A stretch of DNA of 54,926 bases from Prorocentrum cordatum (GCA_963575745.1 CAUYUJ010000200.1:62001-116926), one strand, 5' to 3'; shown: positions 36,433 to 49,012, numbered from the stretch's first letter. Numbers and translations are program-made. The notes: a model not told the origin generated them from the sequence alone.

Positions 36433-38612
36433 CCCCACATGCTTAGTGGGGTTCTGGTGTTCTTCCCTGCCGTGTCGCACCCGCGGCCCACCTCACCCAC
36501 CTCATCCCACCCCACCCTTCTCACACAGCAGAGCACAGCACAGCTCAGCTCAGCACAGCTCAGCACACAGCACAGCACAGCTCAGCACAGCACACAGCTC
36601 AGCACAGCACACAGCTCAGCACAGCACACAGCTCAGCACAGCACAGCACACCACAACACAAGCGCACACACACACACACACACAACGCACACAACGCGGC
36701 GTCTATGCGGGCCATGGCGCCAGCCGTGGCATTTCCTCGACACCATAGGGGGTGCGCAGGGGATGGTCCCTGAGCGCGGCCGCTATCCGTGCCAGTCGTC
36801 CAGGCATAGCAGGCGTGGCACTTTCTCGACACCATAGGGGGTGCGCAGGGGGTGGTCCCTGAGCGCGGCCGCTATCCGTGCCAGTCGTCCAGGCATAGCA
36901 GGCGTGGCACTTTCTCGACACCATAGGGGGTGCGCAGGGGGTGGTCCCTGAGCGCGGCCGCTATCCGTGCCAGTCGTCCAGGCATAGCAGGCGTGGCACT
37001 TTCTCGACACCATAGGGGGTGCGCAGGGGGTGGTCCCTGAGCGCGGCCCCTATCCGTGCCAGTCGTCCAGGCATAGCAGGCGTGGCACTTTCTCGACACC
37101 ATAGGGGGTGCGCAGGGGGTGGTCCCTGAGCGCGGCCGCTATCCGTGCCAGTCGTCCAGGCATAGCAGGCGTGGCACTTTCTCGACACCATAGGGGGTGC
37201 GCAGGGGGTGGTCCCTGAGCGCGGCCGCTATCCGTGCCAGTCGTCCAGGCATAGCAGGCGTGGCACTTTCTCGACACCATAGGGGGTGCGCAGGGGGTGG
37301 TCCCTGAGCGCGGCCGCTATCCGTGCCAGTCGTCCAGGCATAGCAGGCGTGGCACTTTCTCGACACCATAGGGGGTGCGCAGGGGGTGGTCCCTGAGCGC
37401 GGCCGCTATCCGTGCCAGTCGGCAGGAGCGCTGTGTCGTTTACACCATAGGGGGTGCGCAGGGGGTGGTCCCTGAGCGCGGCCGCTATCCGTGCCAGTCG
37501 TCCAGGCATAGCAGGCGTGGCACTTTCTCGACACCATAGGGGGTGCGCAGGGGGTGGTCCCTGAGCGCGGCCGCTATCCGTGCCAGTCGTCCAGGCATAG
37601 CAGGCGTGGCACTTTCTAGACACCACAGGGGGTGCGCAGGGGGTGGTCCCTGAGCGCGGCCGCTATCCGTGCCAGTCGTCCAGGCATAGCAGGTGTGGCA
37701 CTTTCTCGACACCATAGGGGGTGCGCAGGAGGAGGAGGAGGAAAGAGGAGGATGAGCAGAAGGAGGAGAAGGAGGAGGAGGAGGAGGAGTGAGGAGGGAG
37801 TGGGAGGAGGAGGAGGAGGATGAGGAGGAAGAGGAGGAGGAGGAGGAGGAGGAGGAGGAGGAGGTGAGAGGCGGAGGGAGGAGGAGGAGGAGGAGAGAGG
37901 AGGAGGAGGAGGAGGAGGAGGAGGAGGAGGAGGAGGAGGAGGAGGCGGAGCAGCAGGTGGAGGAGGAGGAGGAATAGGAGGAGGAGTGAGGAGGAGGGAG
38001 ATGAGGAGAAGAGTGCTTCTCTGTGTGGAGGGCGGGGTGAGACACGGGTAGTTTTTTTTTGCCATTTTGGTTTCCAGGGCAGCTCCTCGTCGCGTGGCTG
38101 GACGCAGCGTGAAACACCAGTGGGTCTGGATCCCGGGAGGGGTCCATGGACTGATTTTGAGCCGATTTGGCCACCATCGTCTTACGGTAGGTTCGTGCTG
38201 CGTTGGCGCGGCGGCGACCCCGCCGCTGGCGTTCAAGGTTGATTTCCACCGTGGTCCTGGATGCTACTTTGCCTTGCCCCCCCCGGGTATAGATCCTCCT
38301 CTCCGTGATTTTCCCCTCCTGTCCCCCTCCCTGCTTTTCCCCCTCCTTCCCGCCTCCATGTTGTTCCCCCTCCGTATCCCGAGGATTGGCCGCGCGGTTG
38401 CCGCGTCTTCTCTCTCTCTCTCTCTTTCTCCTTCCCTTCTTCGTTTCTCCCAACTCCTTTCTTGTGGCCCTCCTTCTCTCCCCCTCCCCCTAGCATGGAT
38501 GCGGTTGTCAGCTAGTGCGAGGGAGCGCGGGGGACGTCGAAACACGACGTGACATGGCATGCGAATACGAATGGCATAAAATAAGTATGTGGGGTTCCTC
38601 GGTAGCGTAATT
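36433..38612 (+). mobile_element. Family-B Helentron/HINE-like element carrying an 89-bp satellite
   Basis: T-run, then head CCCCACAT-gctta-GTGGGG (36433-36451); (CAGCA)n/(CA)n; 89-bp array; (GGA)n; tail ATGTGGGG (38587-38594) + 13 nt + TAATT; flanks rejoin into a paralog of 35191-35268. Confidence 0.7.
36736..37727. repeat. 89-bp tandem array, 11 units plus a partial, near-identical
   Basis: Unit CTCGACACCATAGGGGGTGCGCAGGGGGTGGTCCCTGAGCGCGGCCGCTATCCGTGCCAGTCGTCCAGGCATAGCAGGCGTGGCACTTT; the 8th unit is shorter with a substituted 3' part. Confidence 0.95.
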
Positions 38613-38734
38613 GTTGACGGTCCCGCCAGCCAAGTCCGAGTCCCCCAATCTAGAGTATAGTTTGTCATCTTACGCCTCCACGACCCTCGTCCCTCCGTTT
38701 AGCATGCCTTCCCTTCAAATATACAGTGAAGACC

Positions 38735-38885
38735 CATGACAAGAAACACTCTGCTTGCCTCCAGGGTGCCCTAGGTTTCTTGGGTTTCGATGGCTTTGCT
38801 ATGGGAAGCGTGACGTTCCCACACCAAACATCGGTGGATGCCCTGGGGTCTCAGCGTTGGATTTCTTGTGGACGGGTCTCCACTG
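38735..38885 (+). repeat. Dispersed repeat E, copy 5
   Basis: CAAGAAACACTCTGCTTGCCTCCAGGGTGCCCTAGGTTTC. Confidence 0.8.
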
Positions 38886-39294
38886 TATCTTACGTCATCT
38901 TACGTTTCCACGACCCTCGTCTTTCCATTTAGCATGCCCTCCCCTCTAAGATCAGTTTTTTGGGCCCATCCAGCAGTTCGCTCGGACGAGGGAAACCCAG
39001 CCGCGGCGACGCCAGCCCCTCCCCCCCCCCCCGAGACGTCTAACAAGGTAACAAGAACAACCCGAACATCTCGGCCCTCAGAGTTCGAAGCTCGACCCTC
39101 GAAGTTTGATCCTCCTCCTCCTCCTCCCTCCTTCCTCCTCCTCCTCTTCGCCTCCCTCCTCATCCTCGTCCTTCTTCTCCCTCCTCCTCCTCCTGCTCCT
39201 CTTTCTCCTCTCTTTCCTCCTCTTCTTCTTCTTCCTCCTCCTCCTCTTTCTCCTCCTCCTGTTCCTTTTCCTTCTCCTCTTCCTTCTCCTCGTT

Positions 39295-39316
39295 TCCGTC
39301 GCCATGTTGGCTCAAC
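39295..39316 (+). other. Dinoflagellate spliced-leader (DinoSL) relic at the 5' end of LINE-B
   Basis: TCCGTCGCCATGTTGGCTCAAC versus TCCGTAGCCATTTTGGCTCAAG, 19/22 ungapped, directly after a (CCT)n tract. Confidence 0.75.
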
Positions 39317-42300
39317 ATGTCCGCTGGCCCGTGGCAGAGCACGGATACCGCTAGTCCGCGGCAGGCAAGGCTGTTCAGCTTGGTGTTTTTTTGTCGGCCG
39401 CTACTGTGGGAATGGGCCCCCCGCATTATCCCGATCCCCGTCCGTTTCGCGTCATTGTGTCTGCGGTGGGACGTCCACGGGAAATGGTGGTAAGGTCATC
39501 AAGCTGAGCGCGACAGGAGAGACAGTTTCACGTTCACGTCCTCGTTCGAATGGTGTGTTTCGTGCTGGCTCTTGACGCTGCTGCCGCCTCGGGAGGCCTT
39601 GACTATCACGACGTGTCCGATTCGGATGACGACATGTCTCTCGAGCACAGCCGTACCATCTGCTCCTCCTTGCTCGAAGGCGAGCTCGCTGCGTTGCAGA
39701 AGCAGTTCGGCTCGGTGGTGGCTGCGATAGTCGTCCAAGGTCAAATATGAGGTGGCCTCGATCACGGCTGCTTTCATTCAGAACTTCCAATGCTTACCTC
39801 AAGAAGTGCCAGTCTGACTTCGCGTCTACTGGCACCAAGCTCGACGAGCACATCACCGCTGCGGCGGCTCCAACGGTGGATTGGGTTCCAACGTGAACTG
39901 GTCGCCCGCTTCGACGAGATCGATGTTCAGCGTCGTGAGAGCGCAGACCGCATGGGTGCCCAAGATGCACTATTTCGTCAGATGGTCGATCAGGTCAAGG
40001 CTCTGTGAGATGCTTTGGTCGTCGCCAACACTGAAGCCGCGAAGTCGACCCAGATCTCCAACTTTCAGTTCGACAGGGTCACAGATCAGGACGATCATCC
40101 GTGTCAGTGCTGGTCAGTTGGTTTCAGAAGCAGCAGCGTTGGTGGTAGTCTGAATTGCAATCAGAGCTCAACCTGGGCAGTGACAAGTGCGAGCCCACGT
40201 CCGCCGACCCTCTCACCAAGCAGTTTGTTCATATGTTCGCGGGCGCAGCTGGTCTGGCTGCGCGGCGCGCGGGCAAAGCCCTATCCAGTCTTCGTGGCCA
40301 CGACGGACTGCGGCGTCAGCTCAGCGCGGCAGCGCGCGCTGGTGGCGGCGAAGTTGGTTTGCGCCTCTCCGCCGACGAGAACCCTCGTCAAGTCAAGTTC
40401 GAGACCCTCGGCCACCGGGCAAGTTCGCCCTGCGCGAGAACTTGCAGGGGCACGCGGTCTTCTTTGACCGCGATCGTGGCCCGGTCTCTGCGGGGCGGGG
40501 TGCCCCGCGCAAGATCGAGCCGAGGCGCGGCCGTGACAAGGCAGATCTCTTGTGGAACCAGGAGACGATCAGTAAGCTCAGCCTGTCCACGGATGGCCTC
40601 ATCGCCCATCGCGCTCGATTGTCGAGCCCGACGCTGAGCCGGAATGGTGTCTTTGACCGACTCGTTCGACTCCTTCCGAGGTCGCCGTTGCAGAGACTCC
40701 GTGGTATATGGCGGGGGAGGTGGAAATGCATGCGCGGCCACTTCTGCCTTCAACGCGCCGGAATTTCTTTCCTTTTCCGCGGGTGGGCCGGGGCAGGTCG
40801 GCCCGTGTAATCGGCGGCGCTGCGAACGCGAGGTCCGCCGCCTCTTGCGCCGGCCGTCGCTGGACATGGTCGCGCGATGCTGCGAAGCCCTGCTGGCTGA
40901 TGAGGTGCGAGTTGCTGCAAAAAAGAGACTCTGTGGTATATGTCTGGTTGTGGGCGTCAATATCACTGCGTGGAATGCGCGGGTGACCCCTGAGTATTGG
41001 CGGGCCCGCGCATCTGAGGAGCTCGGGCACCTGCAGGGGCTTCGCCCTGGATCCGCGCGTTCTTCCAGGGGCTCAGATTTTTGGGATTCTGCGGGGGTGA
41101 TTGCGAGGGGCGCGTCCGTGGGGATGTCGCCGCAGTCGTTCCTGGAATCCCGGGGGGCCCCCCTCCCCCTCCTTCCCGCCCGGAGCGTTCCCCGCTTGTT
41201 CTCATCCAATCCCAGGGCGCGTCTTGCGCTTTTGAGTTTGCTGGCGGGAGTGCCGTGCTGATTCGTTGGGGCATCTGCTATCGCGATTTAACTGCTAGCC
41301 CCAAGTTCGGGACGCGTGCAAATTAATCACCAGGGATTGGGCCGAATCAGAAGCCAATCCTGAGGGCCGTTTAACTGCAGTTTCTTTGCCAGCGAGGAAA
41401 GATCGAGCTTTGCGCGGCCATCGCAGGCCCGAAGAAACGCCCGCCCCTTGCGCGCGCTGGCGCCGCGATGGACAGACGCCCTTGACAGTTTCATTGAAAT
41501 CTCTCCGGCTGCCGCCGCTCACTTTGCCCAGTGCGCGGGCGCAGTAGCAGCCGTCGATCGTTTTGTTAGTTGCTCGCGGCCTGCTTGGACGATCGCCTGG
41601 ATTTATTCGCGCGCCAGCGTCGCCGGCAATCCTGGGGAGCGCGCGCGCCCGATCCATGGGCGCGTTGCGAAATCATTGGTTTACAAGAATGTGTTTGGGT
41701 AGCGCGCGGCAGCTGAAGAGTCTCGCCTCGCGAAGACGCGCCCCCCCCCCCCCCCGCGCGCAGGGGCGCTGCAGGATATTGATACCAGAAGCAAGTCGCG
41801 TTGCCCGTGCCCCCTGACCTTCAGGCGCCCGAGAGATCCGCGTGCTCTCTCGCTCCTGGCGCGTGTCCTGGCTCGGGCCGCGCGGCGCCGAGACTGCTCG
41901 CGCGCTGAACTTTTGCCGGACTCGCTCGAGATGGCCCCCGATGTTATTGAGATGCGCGGCAGCCGAGCGCGCTTGCTCCGCCCGGCCTCGTGCCAGCGCT
42001 GGCCCGACGAAGTGCAATTGCGAGCTGCTGATCTCGATCGTGATTCGGTCCAAGTTCGCCTCGAACAGGTTCAGTGCACTGGGTCGCGTGCGCGGCGTCG
42101 TCGGCAACTTCGTGCCATTGATCGACCGCGCTCGCTTATGGGCCCCGTTCGTGCGTCAGTTGATATTCGGTGGATGGGGCGAGGACTGAGGGCGCTGCCG
42201 GTCGCGCTTCTGGTCTGGCGCCCCAGGGGGAGTCGGGTTTTGCTCGCCACCCGTGGCCTGCCCAGACTGCCGTTGCCAGCGTCTGCCGCGACGTCGAACC

Positions 42301-43307
42301 CGCCATTTACACTTCCGAGTGCTGCCCTCCCACGTCGTTCGCTGCCATGCGCAGGGTTGCACTTCCAGTGAGTGATTTAGCTCCTGGGCGTGGTCGACTG
42401 TGCTACGCTGCTTGCCTGGCGCGCCCGTCTGGCCCAGTTCTGTTGCGCGACGCCCTCCTGCGGATGCCAGCGGGCAGCGGGCTCTTCCCGTCAGGGAATG
42501 ACGCCCTTCCTGCGCGCTTCCGCTGAAGAGCGGGCTGGTCTCCAACTCGGCCGATGGCGAGCGCGAGCGGGGGCCGACTTTGGCGGGGGTCCTGGGGGCC
42601 CAAAATGCACGCTTCGAGCTTTTGACCGCTGCCTTTTTTATCATTCTATCCGTCGCCCTCTGGATCGGCCCGCCCCCGGGGGTCAGCGCGGCTTCGTGCG
42701 AGGCCGAAGCCGTTGCCAACGTGCACTGGAAGCTAATGATGTATCCAGCTTTCTCTCAGCCCGCCGCGTCGCTGGCAATGATCGCCCGCTGCTGTGCGCC
42801 TCCGATTCCGGGCGCGCCTTCCCTGGCGCGCCCCAGGGGTGTGTAATGTTAGTGCTCTAGAAGATGATCTGCCCGACAGCGCTCGTTGGTTCTGTCAGCG
42901 CGCTGCATGACGTCGTCCAAGGGGCGATTTCTGTCCGCGGGGTATACGTTGCATGCGCATTGGGCCCGTTCTGGAATTATCCATGGGGGCGCGTTGTCGG
43001 GCCCCCGTTTTGCCGCCGACCTGTCTCCTGGCCCCCGTGGATCTCCGCTACTGTTTCGAGTGCAAGATGCTCGGCATCATCCGCGCCTGCGCAGACGACC
43101 TCGGGCGGGCCTCGAGGGCGATGGGAAGGGGGTCTCACGCGGTTCTACCGGGTAACGCAAAAAGCGGAGAAGATAGCTCGTCTAGAGTTAAAACCGGCGA
43201 AATGCGTAATGTTGTTGGGTGCGCATGCCCTATCCTGGAGCTCTTTCCAAATCGAAGACGAGCTTTTCCATTCTGGAATGCAGGTTGGTCTTGGAGAATC
43301 TGGGGGA

Positions 43308-44672
43308 GATTATGGGGGCAACTGATTCTTATTTATGATTTGACACATCCCACGCTCTTGCAAACATCCCACCCACCCACCCGCAACTAGGTTTGCAAAA
43401 CCTTTTAAGACCGACTACGACCACACCGACGACAGTGACTACGACGACACCGGCGATTCCGACGACTTCGACGACGACGACGACAACGACGACGACGAAG
43501 AAGGAAGACGGACGACGACGACGACGCCGACGCCGACGACGACGAAGACGACCACGACGTCGCCAACGAAGACGACGACGAGGGAGGAGGGAGGACGACG
43601 ACGGCGACAACGACGACAACGACGACAACGACGAGGGAGGAGGGAGGACGGCGGCGACGCGAACGACGAAGAAGGAGGAAGGACGGCGACGCCGACGACG
43701 ACAACGACGAGGGAGGAGGGAAGACGACGACGAAGACAACGACGACGACGACGACGAGGACGGCGACAAAATAGAAGGGACGACGGCGAGACGCCGACGA
43801 CGGACGACGACGACGACGAGTGAGGAGGAGGAAAGACGACCACGGCGACAACGACGACGGAAACGACCACGACGCCAAAGAGGACGACGACGACGAACAC
43901 GAGGAAAGACAGAGGACGACGTAGGCGACGACGACGACGACGCGGGAGGAAGGAGGACGGCGACGACGACGACGACGACGCAAGAGCGCGCGCGCACGCT
44001 TTTGTTGAAAATCCGTGTTGTGAAAGCTTGTGTTTTTGTTTGTTTTTGAACACGATTTTGAAATCCTTCCGAAACCGATGGGTTTGAAAGGATTTCGGCA
44101 TACGCGCGCGACGACGCGCGCGTCTGCACTTCGTCCCTTTTTTTGCACAGGATTCTCGCGACGGCACACGCGCAAGGGCGTGCGACAGATTTCGACATGC
44201 GCGCGCGGAACCCGTTTGGTAGCATGTTGTGAAGTTCTTGAAACACCTATGGTTTTCGTAAGTTTTCGCAAAAGCTCGCGCGTAAGTTTTTTTAGCATAC
44301 CAGTGTTGCGAGCCCATGTGTTTTTGTATGTGTTTTTTTTTGAAACTCGATCGCGAAATTCCTCCGACACCTAAGGTTTTTGAAGGATTTCGGCATGCGC
44401 GCGCGACGACGCGCGCGTGCGCACTTCGTCCCATTTTTCGCAAGGGAGTCGTGACAAAACAATTGTTATGTTAGAACAAAAATGTCCCCGCGTTCCCTTA
44501 CAAAAAAAATCAAGGGAGCCTAAGGGGGGGCCGATCCCGGCCACATTGGGATAGTGCAACTTCATATTTAGGATGGACATGTGGTCATAATCATATATGA
44601 TTTACAAAACCCGAAAGGGGAGGGATAACGGCGGGGGGGGGTAGAATCTATTCTGTTTTTAGAAAGGAGAAT
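43308..44672 (-). mobile_element. Family-C element (complete copy) inserted into the LINE-B RT region
   Basis: LINE coding motifs stop before it and resume after it; right-end hairpin ATTCT...GAAAGGAGAAT (44650-44672); left end GATTA-N12-ATTCTT; internal (GAC)n and two GCGCGCG core units. Confidence 0.65.
43410..43985. repeat. Degenerate (GAC)n microsatellite
   Basis: Read directly from the sequence. Confidence 0.9.
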
Positions 44673-46854
44673 CGATTCCCGGATATCGCTCGCGATGTGC
44701 CACCGCGGTTGAAGGGCCGACGCCTGCCCCTTCCTCCGCCGTGCCGCGCAGTTCGCGGTGCGTGTCAGTCCTGAGTTATGTGATGTAGTTTTTACCTACG
44801 CTACCTTCGCCGAGTTGAGCACAGGTGTCCCTCGCAGGTGTCCCGACTCCCCCTGGACAACTCAGCTGCAGCTGATTTGGCTTCGTCTCCAGGAATTCCA
44901 TGGGCCAGAGGCGTTTCCTATGGAGAATATCAGCGCAGCGACGATGGCAATATTCACGATTCGCATTCTTCCAAGGCGTGCCCGATTCTTCCGCCGGTTG
45001 TGCTGTCGGAGCGATAGCCTGGAGTGTTTGGGCGAGCTGCGCTTGGCGATGCTCCCTGCAGGTCAGCGCTCGCCGGGGCAGTGGAGATCTCAATCGGGCG
45101 CCGAGCACCTGGCTGGCGCCCGCCGCGGAACCCGTTCTGAACTCACCTCTGAGGCCGCCAGAGTTTGCAGGCTCCCGAGGTTCCCGCTCGAAGGCTTCGA
45201 GCCGCAGAGGGCCGCGAAGATTGCTTGTGCCGAGTGCTGGAGCTCTCGACCCCTTGCCGCCCTTCGCGGGAGGCGCCTGTGCAAGCTTTTCCCGTTTCGG
45301 GCCTCTGCGCTCGCTCGCTTGTTTGTGCGTGAGGTACCCCTCCTCGGCCTGGCCCTGGCTTCGTGCAGTGTCGGGTGGCCGGTTGGCCATCCAAGGAACG
45401 TTGTATTGGCGTGGTAAACTGAATTGCCTGCTCGGCTGCGCGCGTGAGCCTGATTCTTTTAGACATTATTTATGTTGCCCCATGTTAGCCTGGTCCGTCT
45501 CTTTCGGTCACCGTTCGGGGCCCGTCTGCCTTGGCCCCCTTGATCGTCTTGGAATCCCTGGTTATTGCACCGTCCCCATAGTGGAACATATTTATGTTGC
45601 ATGTCACACCTACCACCAGCTCCGCCCCCTGCCTCCCGAGATCCTTCCTCCAGCTCCCCTCCACCGCCCATGATGCTGCGCGATCAGCCGCTGGCGATAT
45701 TCGGCCACCCGCACAGGCTGGCCGCGCTGCTGGGTAGCGCGGGGCGTCGTCGTCGTCGTCGTCGCACGTTTGCCTCCTCCTCCTCCTCCTCCTCCTCCTC
45801 CTCCTCGTCTTCCTTCTCCTCCTCCTCCTCCTTTTCCTCCTCCCCTTCCTCTTCCCCCTTCTCCTCCGCCTCCTCCTCGTCCTTCCCCCCCGTCTTTCCC
45901 ATCCTGCTCCTCCCTTTCCTCCTCCCTTTTCTCCTCCCCCCCTTACTCCTCCATTCCTCACTCCTCGTCCCCTCGCTCCTCCGCCTCCTCCTCCTCCCCT
46001 CAGTTGTTCGGCTCCTCCCCCGTATCCGCGGCCCGGGCACCAGGCCCGTTTTGCGTTTGGTGCCCACCAGGGCGAGGCGCGCGGGCGGGAGGTCCAAAAC
46101 CTCATCGCCACGGGCGTGTCCATCGAGGGTGTTTGCGAATGCCCGGAAGGGGGGCGACAGCCCGCCCGGGTGCTGGCGACGCGCCGTGCACCATATCGGA
46201 CGCCTTGTTTCGCGCCTCCGTGTCGGCGCCGAGCGAAAGCCGCCCCTCCCCGCGCCGAGGTCACCTGGCTCGTGTCCCTGGGGCTCGTGGTGGTGTTGCA
46301 GTGGGCGGGCCCCGCTCGCGGCGCGGTTTGGGCCTCCTGCCTCCTGGCGTTTCTTCGCCTCTCGGTCGCATCCGTTTCACTCCTTTTGTTGGAATCCACA
46401 GCGGCAGGAACGAGACATCATACACGCAGCGCAATACCGAGTTTTATGTTCCTTGCTACTTTGTGTGGTTATCATTCATCGTCTTTCTCTTATTATTATT
46501 GTTTATGCTTCATATTGTCAGTTTTATTCTCTATGTACCAGTAGTAATACCAATAAGTATACTAGTCATAGTAATAACGGTACTCATACGGATCATAATG
46601 CCAATAATAATATGAATACTAACATTACTATTAATAATGAAAGTCACAATAATAACACGAATAAGAATAATGGTATGACTAATTGCTATTACTGGTCGTA
46701 TGATTATGTTTCTTCGTAGCTGTTTGTTTTCTGTCCCATTTTTTCCCCCTCAGAGTTTGCCCTTGTAGGGGTCCCAGCGAATTCATATGGTCAGGTGAGG
46801 TTTGGCGCCGACTTCGGTGGCACGCCCAGGTGCCCGGGTGCCCCGGGTGCCCAG

Positions 46855-47045
46855 TAGCCCTATAACCTTATAGCCCTATAGCCTTAAAACCTATAGCCCG
46901 ATAACCTGTAGCCCTAGAGCCTCATAGCTTCATAGCCTTATCGCCCTACAGTCCGATAGCCCAATAGCTCTATAGCTCTATAGCACTATAGCTCTTCATG
47001 CCTATAGCCCTGCATCCCTACAGCCCCATAGCCTTATAGTCCTAA
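46855..47045. repeat. Degenerate 8-bp repeat (CCTATAGC)n
   Basis: TATAGCCC/TATAGCTC units. Confidence 0.8.
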
Positions 47046-47069
47046 TATATTATAATTTTGGTGTTTTTT

Positions 47070-47176
47070 CCCAACCATCCTGTGGTGTTGGGTCCTCGTT
47101 TTGAAGAGACGGTGCCCCGCGTTCCCTCCTCCTCCTCCCGCTGCCCCCTCCCTCCTGCCATCATCATCATCACCAA

Positions 47177-47272
<96 letters not shown>

Positions 47273-48701
47273 TATCACCATCATTCCTCTCCTCTCCTCT
47301 CCTCTCCTGTTCTCCTCTCCTCTTCACCCGCCCAGTACACTGTTTCGTGGCTCCATAGGGAGCTCCACCGAAGGCCCCAGTGCCCGCGCCCGCATGCGTC
47401 ACCCACACCCATTTCGGCACACCCCTCACACGTTTCGTGGCTCCATAGGGAGCTCCACCGAAGGCCCCAGTGCCCGCGCCCGCATGCGTCACCCACACCC
47501 ATTTCGGCACACCCCTCACACGTTTCGTGGCTCCATAGGGAGCTCCACCGAAGGCCCCAGTGCCCGCGCCCGCATGCGTCACCCACACCCATTTCGGCAC
47601 ACCCCTCACACGTTTCGTGGCTGCATAGGGAGCTCCACCGAAGGCCCCAGTGCCCGCGCCCGCATGCGTCACCCACACCCATTTCGGCACACCCCTCACA
47701 CGTTTCGTGGCTCCATAGGGAGCTCCACCGAAGGCCCCAGTGCCCGCGCCCACATGCGTCACCCACACCCACACCCATTTCGGCACACCCCTCACACGTT
47801 TCGTGGCCCCATAGGGAGCTCCACCGAAGGCCCCAGTGCCCGCGCCCGCATGCGTCACCCACACCCATTTCGGCACACCCCTCACACGTTTCGTGGCCCC
47901 ATAGGGAGCTCCACCGAAGGCCCCAGTGGCGGCGCTCACATGCGCATGCGTCCCGCACACCCATTTCGGCACATCCCTGACAGGTTTCGTGGCCCCATCA
48001 TCCACCGGAGGCCCCAGTGGCGGCGCTCACATGCGTCACCCACACCCACCCAATTCGGCACACCCCTCACACGTTTCGTGGCCCCATAGGGAGCTCCACC
48101 GAAGGCCCCAGCGGCCGCGCTCACATGCGTCCCCGCCACCCATCCCGGCACGCCCCTCACAACAACAGGTTTCGTGGCCCCATAGGGAGCTCCACCGAAG
48201 GCCCCAGTGCTGCCGCCCGCATGCGTCACCACCCGCACCCAATTCGGCACACCCCTCACACGTTTCGTGGCCCCATAGAGAGCTGCACCGAAGGCCCCAG
48301 TGGCGGCGCTCACATGCGTCCCCGCCACACATCCCAGTGCACCCCTCACGCGCTTCGTGGCCCCATAGGGAGCTCCACCGAAGGCCCCAGTAGCGGCGCT
48401 TACATGCGTCTCCGCCACCCATCCCGCCCCCCCCCCCGCAGCAGCATCATGTTTCGGGGACCCATAGGGAGCTCCACTGGAGGCCCCAGTGGCGGCCCGC
48501 ACATGCGTTTCCGCCACCCATGTCGGCACGCCCCGCGCGTGTTTCATGTCCCCATAGGGAGCTTCGCCGAATGCCCCAGTGGCACCCATCTCGGCACACC
48601 CCTCACACGTTCCGTAATCCTATGGGGAGTTCCATTGAAGATGAAACCCGCAGCTGCGGTACTGACAACTGCATATGGTTGGGTTCTTCGCCAGGCTAAT
48701 T
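47070..48701 (+). mobile_element. Family-A Helentron/HINE-like element, copy 1, with (ATC)n and a 90-bp array
   Basis: Head CCCAACCATCCTGTGGTGTTGGG; tail ATGGTTGGG (48675-48683) + 13 nt + TAATT; array from 47341 with period 90, diverging toward the 3' end. Confidence 0.75.
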
Positions 48702-48829
48702 GTTGTCCGCAATATTTTTGTTGTTTTCATGTGTTGTTCGTATTGTGATCCAATGATCAGTAGTCATCTGAGGAGCATTATTCGTATTCATATCATCATC
48801 GTGACCCGCACCATTAACAACAGCAGCAA

Positions 48830-48884
48830 TACATACCACTACTACTACTACTACTACTACTGCCAGTATTGCTACTACTACCAG

Positions 48885-48919
<35 letters not shown>

Positions 48920-48976
48920 TTACTATTACTATTACTATTACTACTACTATGACTACTACGACTACTTCTACCACTA

Positions 48977-49012
<36 letters not shown>

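Larger units (their letters stand above)
39295..45750 (+). mobile_element. LINE-B: heavily decayed non-LTR retrotransposon (ORF1 remnants, APE, RT, CCHC), interrupted at 43308-44672
   Basis: NITAWNAR (~40960, APE start), APGRGRLCY (APGPDG-like, ~42380), QRGFVRGR (~42684), DSGRAFP (~42805), VVQG, RACADDLG (CADD at 43088-43099), LKPAKC (~43190); after the insertion, VLSYV (~44768) and CLLGCAREPDSFRHYLCC (~45425-45478). Confidence 0.8.
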
